A stretch of 64,000 nt of DNA from Elusimicrobiota bacterium. Its GTDB lineage: Bacteria; Elusimicrobiota; Elusimicrobia; UBA1565; UBA9628. The stretch spans positions 4,264 through 68,263 of the forward strand of contig JACQPJ010000041.1 in NCBI GenBank assembly GCA_016207605.1, given 5' to 3'. The stretch's first letter is position 1. The number at the start of each line of letters is the position of its first letter. The notes beneath the pieces are model-generated. The model made no database searches. It saw nothing but the letters and a program-made list of their open reading frames with translations, and was not told the DNA's origin. A program made the translations under genes and the position numbers. This document shows, one piece after another, positions 53,004 through 62,040 of this stretch.

Positions 53004-53829
53004 GGCAGTACAGCCAGGCCTTCCAGACGAGGGCCAGCTTGCGATGGGCGGGCAGGCGCGTCCTCTCGAAGAGCACGGGGAAGGCGCGCGACTTGATCTC
53101 CTCGAGCAGGCCCTCGTAGACGTGGGCCATGACCTCGGCGGGCAGCAGGCGCGGCCGATCGCGGAAGTCCACCAGGCTGCGCGCCCGCGCGTAGTAGGTC
53201 TTGGCGCGCCTGTACTGGGCCTCCATCGCGGCCTGGAAGCCGGGGCCGCCGTCCCGCCGGAGCAGGCGCTCAAGCGAGTAGCCCGCCTCGCGCAGGTCGG
53301 CCTGCGGCAGGTACACGCGTCCGATCTCCAGGTCCGCGCCGACGTCGCGCAGGATGTTGGTGAGCTGGAAGGCGTAGCCGAAGGTGACCGCGAATTCCTC
53401 CATGCGCGCGGCGGGCGTGTGGGACCAGCCGAAGACGCGCACGCACAGGAGGCCGACGGAGGAGGCCACGCCGCGCATGTAGTCCTCCAGGTCCCGCGCC
53501 GTCTCGTAACGGGCCTGCTCCAGGTCCAGGGCGCAGCCGCGGATCATCTCGAGGAATTCCGCCTTGGGCAGGCCGTAGTCGGAGACGGGCTTGAGCAGGG
53601 CCCGCGCGGCGTCGTGGCCGGGCCGGCCCGCGTAAAGGCGCTCGATCTCCTCGCGCCAAAAGTCGAGACGGCGGCGCGCCTCGTCCCGGGAGAGCTCGCC
53701 GGAGTCGACGACGTCGTCGATGAGGCGGCAGTAGGCGTAGATCGCGGAGAGCGCCTCGCGCTTGGCGCGGGGCAGGAGGAGGAAGCCGAGGCGAAAGTTC
53801 GAGCCGGCTTCGGGGCGGCGGACGCTCAT
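52993..53829 (-). CDS. hpnD: Presqualene diphosphate synthase HpnD (squalene/phytoene synthase family)
   Basis: Internal ATG at 53829 (MSVRRPEAGSNFRLGFLLLP...YAYCRLIDDVVD) chosen. Second Asp-rich region NILRDVGADL; 278 aa. Overlaps the hpnC stop as ATGA. Confidence 0.75.
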   Translation of the reverse strand: MSVRRPEAGSNFRLGFLLLPRAKREALSAIYAYCRLIDDVVDSGELSRDEARRRLDFWREEIERLYAGRPGHDAARALLKPVSDYGLPKAEFLEMIRGCALDLEQARYETARDLEDYMRGVASSVGLLCVRVFGWSHTPAARMEEFAVTFGYAFQLTNILRDVGADLEIGRVYLPQADLREAGYSLERLLRRDGGPGFQAAMEAQYRRAKTYYARARSLVDFRDRPRLLPAEVMAHVYEGLLEEIKSRAFPVLFERTRLPAHRKLALVWKAWLYCHGL

Positions 53830-54712
53830 CCGCCGACCAGCGCGCGCGCGATCAGCGGGATCCAATCGAGCTTGGTCAGCGCGGGGCGCGTGCGCAGCGT
53901 GTCGAAGTCGAGACGGCGGATCAGCTTGAGAATCCGGACTCCGCCCAGCCAGGTCAGGCGGATCTCCAGCGACAGCGGCCAACGCAGGCGCGCGGGCAGG
54001 GCGCGGCCTTCCTCGAAGAGGGCGCGCGTGCGCGAGACCTGGAACTTCATCAGGTTCTTGAAGCGTTCGTTGCACACGCCCATGCGCAGGTCCGCCTCGG
54101 AGTAGCCGTGGGCCGCGAAGTCCTCCTCCGGGATGTAGATGCGGTCCTTCCTGAGGTCCACGGACACGTCCTGCCAGAAGTTGGCCAGTTGGAGCGCCGT
54201 GCAGACCGCGTCGGAGAGGCGAAAGAGCTCCGCGTCGCGGCGGCCGTGGATCATCAGCACGATGCGGCCCACGGGGTCGGCGGAGCGCCGGCAGTAGTCG
54301 AGCAGCTCGGCGAAGGTCGCGTAGCGGCGCTTCTCGACGTCCTGCAGGAAGGCGGACAGGAGGTCGTCGAAGGGCTGCTTGGGGATATCCAGCTCCTGGA
54401 GGGTGCGCCCCAGGGCGAGAAAGACGGGATGGCGCGGGGGGAGACGGCCGACCTCGGCGAGTTGGGCGCGCCAGTCGAGGAGGCGCTCCCGCCGCGCGCC
54501 CTCGTGCTCGGGCTCGTCGGAGATGTCGTCGGCGATGCGCGCGAAGGCGTAGAGGACGGCGACGTGGCGGCGCAGGCGCCGGGCCAGAAGCCGCGAGGCG
54601 ACGGGGAAGTTCTCGTAGTGGCGTCCCGCCAGGTCCGCGCAGAAGCGGTAGGCGCCCGCGGCGTTGTCCGGATCATCGAGGCGCGCTTGGTAGTCCCCGA
54701 GGGTCCCGGCCA

Positions 54713-54713
<1 letters not shown>
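53826..54713 (-). CDS. hpnC: Hydroxysqualene synthase HpnC (squalene/phytoene synthase family)
   Basis: Internal ATG at 54713 (MAGTLGDYQARL...HYENFPVASRLL...YAFARIADDISD) chosen; 295 aa. The ATG shares one base with the obg stop. Confidence 0.75.
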
Positions 54714-56032
<1,319 letters not shown>

Positions 56033-56061
56033 GGGGCGGCCGCGGCGGGCGTCCCGGGGGG

Positions 56062-56328
56062 CTATTTCGCGGCGCTCAAGGGGCGCACGGACGCCTGCTT
56101 CTTGTCCTTGCGCGCCCACTCGAAGCGGACCACGCCGTCGATCTTGGCGAAGAGCGTGTCGTCCTTGCCGCGGCCGACGTTGAGGCCGGGCAGGATGCGC
56201 GTGCCGCGCTGGCGGACGATGACCATGCCAGCCTTGACGGCCTCGCCGCCGTAGCGCTTGACGCCCAGGCGCTGGCCGTGGGAGTCGCGTCCGTTCTGGG
56301 TGGAGCCTTGGGCTTTGGTGTGTGCCAT
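56062..56328 (-). CDS. rpmA: 50S ribosomal protein L27
   Basis: 88 aa, [29 protein letters not shown]... Confidence 0.95.
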   Translation of the reverse strand: MAHTKAQGSTQNGRDSHGQRLGVKRYGGEAVKAGMVIVRQRGTRILPGLNVGRGKDDTLFAKIDGVVRFEWARKDKKQASVRPLSAAK

Positions 56329-56329
56329 G

Positions 56330-56641
56330 TCAGTTGAAGGAGATGCCGTCGATCTTGATCTCGGTCAGCCACTGCCGGTGGCCGCGCGTCTTCTTGTAGG
56401 CCTTCTTGGTGCGCTTCTTGAAGACGATGATCTTTGGTCCGCGGCCCTGCCTGACGACGGTGGCAGAGACCTTGGCCTGCCGGCTGTAGGCCGGTTCCTG
56501 GCCTTCCGGAGCGTCGCCGACCGCCCAGAGGGCGTTGAACGTCAGCGATTGGCCCTTGTCGGCCTCGAGCTTCTCGACCTTGACGGTCTCGCCCGGAACG
56601 ACCCAAAATTGACGCCCGCCCGTCTCGATGATCGCGTACAT
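56330..56641 (-). CDS. rplU: 50S ribosomal protein L21
   Basis: Internal ATG at 56641 ([25 protein letters not shown]) chosen; 103 aa. Confidence 0.95.
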   Translation of the reverse strand: MYAIIETGGRQFWVVPGETVKVEKLEADKGQSLTFNALWAVGDAPEGQEPAYSRQAKVSATVVRQGRGPKIIVFKKRTKKAYKKTRGHRQWLTEIKIDGISFN

Positions 56642-56664
56642 GACACCTCTTCCAACGTCTCGGG

Positions 56665-56693
56665 ATGATAGCAAAACCCGGCGGGAAGCGCAA
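56665..56693 (-). promoter_or_regulatory. Sigma70-like promoter of rplU-rpmA-obg(-hpnCDE)
   Basis: On the minus strand: TTGCGC (56693-56688), a 17-nt spacer, then TATCAT (56670-56665). A GGAAGAGG Shine-Dalgarno lies before the ATG at 56641. Confidence 0.4.
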
Positions 56694-56703
56694 TTCCCTC
56701 GGC

Positions 56704-56732
56704 TTGCGGACGCCGAATTCACGGGGTATACT
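56704..56732 (+). promoter_or_regulatory. Sigma70-like promoter of the pilin-like operon
   Basis: TTGCGG (56704-56709), a 17-nt spacer, then TATACT (56727-56732). The ATG follows 11 nt later, with no Shine-Dalgarno. Confidence 0.4.
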
Positions 56733-56743
56733 TAGCGGGACTC

Positions 56744-59341
56744 ATGGGAACTCCCCGCCGCCGGCCGCCGCGCCGCCCCTGCGCGGGAGTGACGCTGGTC
56801 GAGCTCATGGTGGCCGCCGCCGTCATGAGCGTCGGCCTGTTGGGCCTGTTCGGCGCCTTTCGCTACATCAGCCGGGCGCTGGTCGTCAACCGGATGCAGA
56901 CCCTGGCCACCAACCTGGCCCAGGAGCGCATCGAGTCGCTCAAGAACCTCAGTTACTACGACCTTCTCCTCAGCACCGCGTCCGCCTATGACACGCAGTT
57001 TTCCCCCGCCCTCGCCTATGACACCGGCGCCTACGCGGCCGAGACCATCACCATCGGCGGCATCCGCTTCACGCGCTACACCCACGTCGCGATGGCCGCC
57101 ATCGTGTCGGGCAGCGTCTCCGAGCTCTCCTACACGTACCCCGACACGGGCCTGAAGTCCATCACCGTCCACGTCGTCTGGAACGACAACGGGACCTGGA
57201 AGCGCTGGACGCTCAAGAACCTGCTCGAAAACCCCAACATCAACCCCTTGGACGCCACCATTTCCGGGACGGTGTCCGTGTCGGGCGGCGGCGTCCTGCC
57301 CGGCGCCGCGGTCAGCGTCGAGCAGAACCCGAGCTGGTCGGCGACCTCGAACGCGAGCGGCGTCTACTCCTTCGGCGTCTACCACGGCTCCTACACGGTG
57401 CGCGCCTCCTCGGCGGGCTATTACGACGCGGTCTCCACGCCGACCGTGGTCGCCCGCGGGGGCAACGCCTCGGTCAACCTGTCCCTGCAGGCCATCGCGA
57501 CCGGCACCGTCGCCGGGACGGCCTGGTACAACTCCGACCTCGTCGTCAGCCAGGTCGTCGCCTCCACCGTGACCGCGGTCGGGGACGGCTCCTCCCACGA
57601 CATCGAGTACGTGGAGCTCTTCAACCCCACGACCTCCGCCATCAACATCGGCCAGACGGGCTCCTACCCCAAGCCCGTGATGCTGACCTACTGCGACTGG
57701 AACTCGACCTGCAAGTACGACTCGTCCTCCAGCCCCTTCGACGTCGTCAACGTCACGACCTACGTGCCGGCGGGGCGCTACTACCTCATCGCCAGCGCCT
57801 CCTACTTCTATCTCGCCGGCGGGTGGGTGCGGCCTGACGCCTACTACGACTCGGCGCTGAGCTACCCCGACGACATCACCAACAACAAGGCCGCCTGCAT
57901 CCGCCTCTACCGCGAGTCCAGCTCCAGTTGGATCGACACCGTGGGCTGGGCCGACACCGGGCACGCTCCGCCCAGCTACGAGGGGACCTACATCCCCAAC
58001 GCCACCGGCTTCAACGGCTTGGGCTCCCCGTCCGGCCACCAGATCGTGCGCGTCTCCAGCCCCGCGGCCGGCGCCGCGGTCATATCCGCCTACGGCCGGG
58101 CCTACGACTCCGACAGCAACGCGCGGGACTTCCTCTATCCCTCCGACGCGATGGCGGGCTTCACCGGCATCGTCCACGCGCCGCAGACCTCGTCCGCGGC
58201 GGCCGTCTCCGTGCTCGCGGGCAAGGTTCCCCTGGGCGCCCACGTCTCGGCCAGCGACCTCTACTCCGGCTCGACGCAGACCTATGCCGCCTACGCGACG
58301 AGCGGCAGCCTCAGCCTGCCCTACGCGGCTTTCTCGCTGCAAGGCGTGACGACGGGGACCTGGATCGTCGCGCTTGCCTCCAACACTTTCTCCCAGCAGC
58401 TCAGCGGCGTGGCGGTCGCCCAGAACGACGTCACGCGCGTCCCCAACGCGGCGACCACGCCCGCGTGGCTGGCCAGCGGGCTCTACCACGTGCCTCTCGA
58501 CAGCGCCACCGTGATGGGCTTCATCAAGGGCATCGTGACCGATCCGAACAACACCCCCATTGCGGACATCATCGTCCAGTCCGGCGGCGAGCAGAAGGTG
58601 ACCGGCTCCAACGGGCTCTATTTTATGGCCGTCTCCAGCGGCGCCATCACGCTCGTCGTCAACCCCAACAACCAGAACGCCTCCTACACTCAGGATATCC
58701 AGGCTCCCGTCATCACCCAAGGCGCGGTCACCATCCAGGACGTGGTCCTGAGCCTGGGCGGGCGCGCGACCGGCTACGTGACGACCGGGACCACGCCCCT
58801 GGCCAACCAGGTCGTCGTCGCCCTCAACGGCGGCAGCCAGGCCGGCAGCGGCACGACCGACGCGACCGGCGTGTTCTACATTTCCAATCTGGCGACCGGG
58901 ACCTATACCGTTCAGCCGACCCTCGAGACGGGCCAGGACTCCAGTCCCAACACCCTCCCCCTGACGCTCAGCTCGACGGGCACGGTGTCCGTGGGCACCT
59001 TCACGGTCTCGGGCGCCTTCGGCAGCATCGCCGGCAGCGTGTCCGACGCCTCGGGGCTGATCACCTCCGGCGCCCTGCTGATCGCCTCGACGGCGACGAT
59101 CGCGAGCACTCCTCCGGCCATCGTGGGCTCCTCGGCGCCGGCGATGACCTCCTACTACATGGTCTCGAGCCAGGCCGACGGCACCTACACCCTGCCCGTG
59201 CGCGGCGGCTGGAGCTACTACCTCTCCGCCTACGTGCCGGTGATCTCCCCGTCCGGGTCGGTGTCGATCACGACCAAGACCTATTCGGGCATCAGCGTCA
59301 GCGCCAGCGCGACGACGACCAAGAACGTGACCATCCCATGA
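56744..59341 (+). CDS. Giant type IV pilin-like protein (865 aa): prepilin N-terminus, lamin-tail-domain-like module and several CarboxypepD_reg-like beta-sandwich repeats
   Basis: Prepilin motif CAG-VTLVELMVAAAVMSVGLLGLF (Glu at +5). LTD-like IEYVELFNPT...ACIRLYRESSSSWIDTVGWA. Four or more repeats of the type ISGTVSVSGGGVLPGAAVSV...GVYSF...GSYTV. Confidence 0.7.
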   Translation: MGTPRRRPPRRPCAGVTLVELMVAAAVMSVGLLGLFGAFRYISRALVVNRMQTLATNLAQERIESLKNLSYYDLLLSTASAYDTQFSPALAYDTGAYAAETITIGGIRFTRYTHVAMAAIVSGSVSELSYTYPDTGLKSITVHVVWNDNGTWKRWTLKNLLENPNINPLDATISGTVSVSGGGVLPGAAVSVEQNPSWSATSNASGVYSFGVYHGSYTVRASSAGYYDAVSTPTVVARGGNASVNLSLQAIATGTVAGTAWYNSDLVVSQVVASTVTAVGDGSSHDIEYVELFNPTTSAINIGQTGSYPKPVMLTYCDWNSTCKYDSSSSPFDVVNVTTYVPAGRYYLIASASYFYLAGGWVRPDAYYDSALSYPDDITNNKAACIRLYRESSSSWIDTVGWADTGHAPPSYEGTYIPNATGFNGLGSPSGHQIVRVSSPAAGAAVISAYGRAYDSDSNARDFLYPSDAMAGFTGIVHAPQTSSAAAVSVLAGKVPLGAHVSASDLYSGSTQTYAAYATSGSLSLPYAAFSLQGVTTGTWIVALASNTFSQQLSGVAVAQNDVTRVPNAATTPAWLASGLYHVPLDSATVMGFIKGIVTDPNNTPIADIIVQSGGEQKVTGSNGLYFMAVSSGAITLVVNPNNQNASYTQDIQAPVITQGAVTIQDVVLSLGGRATGYVTTGTTPLANQVVVALNGGSQAGSGTTDATGVFYISNLATGTYTVQPTLETGQDSSPNTLPLTLSSTGTVSVGTFTVSGAFGSIAGSVSDASGLITSGALLIASTATIASTPPAIVGSSAPAMTSYYMVSSQADGTYTLPVRGGWSYYLSAYVPVISPSGSVSITTKTYSGISVSASATTTKNVTIP

Positions 59342-59835
59342 AAAAGCGCGGTTGCCGCGGCTACACTTTGACGGAGCTGATGATGGTCGTGGCCATCGTC
59401 GGCGTCCTGGCCGCCATCGGGCCGCCTCTCCTCATCGGGACGCAGAACTTTTTCCTGGGCACCCAGGCGCGCGCCGAGGTCCAGCGCGACGCCCGCAACG
59501 CCCTCGACGCCATCAACCGCTACCTGCGCCAGGCGGACAGCTCCTCCATCGTCGTCGACACGCCGTCCGGGGGCGGGCCCTACTCCCGGGTCCGCTTTCG
59601 GATGGCGGACGGGCGCAGCATGGATTTCCACCAGGACGGCTCCAGCCTGATCCAGGTCGTCAACGGCACGACAACCTCCACCGTCAGCCGAAATCTCGTC
59701 TACATCGCCTTCACGTACCCGCGCACGGACGACCCGACCATCCTCAGCGTCTCGATCACGATGGGCAAGAACATCCAGCTCGGCCGCCGGCAGGTGCTGG
59801 AGCTGACCATCCAGAAAGTGAGGATCATGAACTAA
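59338..59835 (+). CDS. Prepilin-type N-terminal cleavage/methylation domain protein (minor pilin or pseudopilin)
   Basis: In-frame ATG at 59338 overlaps the upstream stop as ATGA. MKKRGCRG-YTLTELMMVVAIVGVLAAI (Glu at +5); 165 aa. Confidence 0.75.
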   Translation: MKKRGCRGYTLTELMMVVAIVGVLAAIGPPLLIGTQNFFLGTQARAEVQRDARNALDAINRYLRQADSSSIVVDTPSGGGPYSRVRFRMADGRSMDFHQDGSSLIQVVNGTTTSTVSRNLVYIAFTYPRTDDPTILSVSITMGKNIQLGRRQVLELTIQKVRIMN

Positions 59836-61104
59836 ATGGAACCGATCGCGCCGCGCGCGCGGGGACAGATTCTTCCCGCCGTCGTCGCCATGCTGGTCGT
59901 TCTGGCGATCTTCGTGCCGCTCCTGGTCTTCTACGCCCAGCGCGACGCCGTATGGTCCGTCCGGCAGGCCGGCAGCACCATCGCCTTCCATCTCGCCGAG
60001 GCGGGCGTCGAAAAGGCTTATCTCTACATGTCCCAGTCCACGCAGACGTGGAACTCCATCCAGGCCGGGACGGCCCAGAGCGGCTATGCGTTCGACACGG
60101 CCTATACCGACATGGGCAGCGGCAGCTACGCCGTCTCGATCACCAGCGGCCCCGGGACCCAGACGGCGACCGTCTTCTCCGTGGGCCGCGACCCCAACCG
60201 CCGCCAAACGCGCGCCTTGAAGGTCGTCTACGCCAACTCGACCTACGGCGCCACGGCGATCTACGCGGGCCGCGGCGCGCAGATCGGAGGCGCCGTCAAC
60301 GTCGAATGGGGGGCGGTGATGAGTCCCTACACGATCGCCGCGGACAGCCGCAACCACCCGCAGTTCTGGTCCGCCAGCCAGATCACCACCAAGGACACCG
60401 ATCCCAACCCCCCGAACTGCGACGGGCCCGCCTGCTGCCAGTGGCACTCCTACCAGTCCAACCTGCCCCCCTTGCCCTCCATCGACTTCGACTTTTACCG
60501 CTCCTCGGCCCAGAACTCGACGGGCTGCCCCTCCGGCGGCACGCCGACCGGCACCTGCTACTACGCGGGGTCGGTCTCGAACTGGAACAACTCGACGGTC
60601 GGCACGATCTTCATCGAGGGGGACCTTTCGGTCAAGTCGCCGGGCATGTACCATCAAGGCAACATGGTCGTGATGGGCAACGTGAACTTGCCCAACGGAG
60701 TTTGGGGCCGCGGCTCCGCCACGATGAGCATCCCCTCGGACGCCTGGAAGCAGTACTGCAACGACTGGAGCGTCTATACCACCAGCTTCGACACAAGCGC
60801 GGCCTCCAGCTTCCCCGGCCTCGACTCAAGCTACGCCCCGACGGGCCTGACCTACAGCTCCTCCAAGCTCGCCGTCAACGGCATGCTCTACGTAGGGGGC
60901 AACTTCAACAATGGCGGCGGGGGCGGCGGAAACAGCGACATCTACGGCGCGCTCTACACCGTCGGTTCCGCGACGCAGACCGCCAACTCCAGCGTGACCT
61001 TCTATTTCAACGGCACGGCCGCCGGCCAGGTCCAGACGACCAACGTCTACCTGACCCGCACGTCCTGGCAGGATTCCCTCGTCGGCTGGCCCTCCGGCCT
61101 CTGA
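59836..61104 (+). CDS. PilX-N-like pilus-associated protein with an N-terminal anchor
   Basis: 422 aa. The ATG immediately follows the upstream TAA. N-terminus RGQILPAVVAMLVVLAIFVPLLVFYAQRD resembles the PilX N-terminal domain. Large Gly/Ser/Thr/Asn-rich ectodomain. Confidence 0.55.
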   Translation: MEPIAPRARGQILPAVVAMLVVLAIFVPLLVFYAQRDAVWSVRQAGSTIAFHLAEAGVEKAYLYMSQSTQTWNSIQAGTAQSGYAFDTAYTDMGSGSYAVSITSGPGTQTATVFSVGRDPNRRQTRALKVVYANSTYGATAIYAGRGAQIGGAVNVEWGAVMSPYTIAADSRNHPQFWSASQITTKDTDPNPPNCDGPACCQWHSYQSNLPPLPSIDFDFYRSSAQNSTGCPSGGTPTGTCYYAGSVSNWNNSTVGTIFIEGDLSVKSPGMYHQGNMVVMGNVNLPNGVWGRGSATMSIPSDAWKQYCNDWSVYTTSFDTSAASSFPGLDSSYAPTGLTYSSSKLAVNGMLYVGGNFNNGGGGGGNSDIYGALYTVGSATQTANSSVTFYFNGTAAGQVQTTNVYLTRTSWQDSLVGWPSGL

Positions 61105-61128
61105 CGCCGGAGGGCGGGCTTCAGCCCC

Positions 61129-61332
61129 TTACCCGAAGGCCTTGGATATGCGCGTCTCGAGCTCCCGGTCGGGCAGCCTCCAGTCCATCGCGCGCAGGGC
61201 CGCCTTTTCCTCGGCGTCGAGCTCCACGCCGGCCTTGCGGACCGCGTCTTCCGGGTTCGCCCTAAGCTCCCGCCGGAACTCAGCGTCGGCGGTCCAGCGG
61301 TCCATCAGCGTCTTGATTTTCTGTTGGTCCAT
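61129..61332 (-). CDS. NHLP-like small peptide, paralogue 4 (67 aa)
   Basis: MDQQKIKTLMDRWTADAEFRRELRANPEDAVRKAGVELDAEEKAALRAMDWRLPDRELETRISKAFG. AAGGAG Shine-Dalgarno 7 nt upstream. Confidence 0.7.
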   Translation of the reverse strand: MDQQKIKTLMDRWTADAEFRRELRANPEDAVRKAGVELDAEEKAALRAMDWRLPDRELETRISKAFG

Positions 61333-61347
61333 GAATGTTCTCCTTGA

Positions 61348-61551
61348 CTAGACGAAGAGCTTCGACGCGCGCTGCTTTAGTTCCTGGTCGGACAATTTCC
61401 AGTCCACGGCGCGCAGGGCGGCCCGCTCCTCGGCGTCGAGCTCCACGCCGGCCTTGCGGACCGCGTCTTCCGGGTTCGCCCTAAGCTCCCGCCGGAACTC
61501 AGCGTCGGCGGTCCAGCGGTCCATCAGCGTCTTGATCTTTTCTTGGTTCAT
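61348..61551 (-). CDS. NHLP-like small peptide, paralogue 3 (67 aa)
   Basis: MNQEKIKTLMDRWTADAEFRRELRANPEDAVRKAGVELDAEERAALRAVDWKLSDQELKQRASKLFV. AAGGAA Shine-Dalgarno upstream. Confidence 0.7.
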   Translation of the reverse strand: MNQEKIKTLMDRWTADAEFRRELRANPEDAVRKAGVELDAEERAALRAVDWKLSDQELKQRASKLFV

Positions 61552-61570
61552 GGCGTTTCCTTAGGTTCGC

Positions 61571-61771
61571 CTAGGCGACCTTAGAAACGCGGGCTTGGAA
61601 TTCCTGGTCGGAGGCTCCCCAGTCCATCGCGCGCAGGGCGGCCCGCTCCTCGGCGTCGAGCTCCACGCCGGCCTTGCGGACCGCGTCTTCCGGATTGGCC
61701 CTAAGCTCCCGCCGGAATTGGGGATCGGCGGTCCAGCGGTCCATCAGCGTCTTCAGTTTTTCGCGGTTCAT
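61571..61771 (-). CDS. NHLP-like small peptide, paralogue 2 (66 aa)
   Basis: Internal ATG at 61771 chosen because GGGAGGA lies 6 nt upstream. MNREKLKTLMDRWTADPQFRRELRANPEDAVRKAGVELDAEERAALRAMDWGASDQEFQARVSKVA. Confidence 0.7.
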   Translation of the reverse strand: MNREKLKTLMDRWTADPQFRRELRANPEDAVRKAGVELDAEERAALRAMDWGASDQEFQARVSKVA

Positions 61772-61839
61772 TGATCTTCCTCCCATCACCTGCCTTTTAA
61801 GATACGCGCTTCAAGCTCCTTGGTTTCTCCGTGGTCTGC

Positions 61840-62040
61840 CTAGGCGCCCTTGGAAACGCGGGCTTGGAGTTCCTGGTCGGAGGCTCCCCAGTCCATCGCG
61901 CGCAGGGCGGCCCGCTCCTCGGCGTCGAGCTCCACGCCGGTCTTGCGGACCGCGTCTTCCGGATTGGCCCTAAGCTCCCGCCGGAATTGGGGATCGGCGG
62001 TCCAGCGGTCCATCAGCGTCTTGATTTTCTGTTGGTCCAT
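61840..62040 (-). CDS. NHLP-like small peptide, paralogue 1 (66 aa)
   Basis: MDQQKIKTLMDRWTADPQFRRELRANPEDAVRKTGVELDAEERAALRAMDWGASDQELQARVSKGA. AAGGAG Shine-Dalgarno upstream. Its first 71 nt lie inside the 3' end of the upstream synthase-like ORF. Confidence 0.7.
   Translation of the reverse strand: MDQQKIKTLMDRWTADPQFRRELRANPEDAVRKTGVELDAEERAALRAMDWGASDQELQARVSKGA

Noticed and set aside
61110-61128. A bidirectional terminator between the convergent pilin operon and the peptide array (GGGC-TTCA-GCCC).
   Set aside because: The stem has only 4 bp and there is no U tract on either side, which is too weak to call.
61129-62040. The 200-220-bp tandem repeat array read as a non-coding repeat or CRISPR-like structure.
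   Set aside because: Each unit contains an intact 66-67-codon frame with a Shine-Dalgarno at the correct distance. Differences between units are in-frame and concentrated in the C-terminal codons, so these are paralogous genes.
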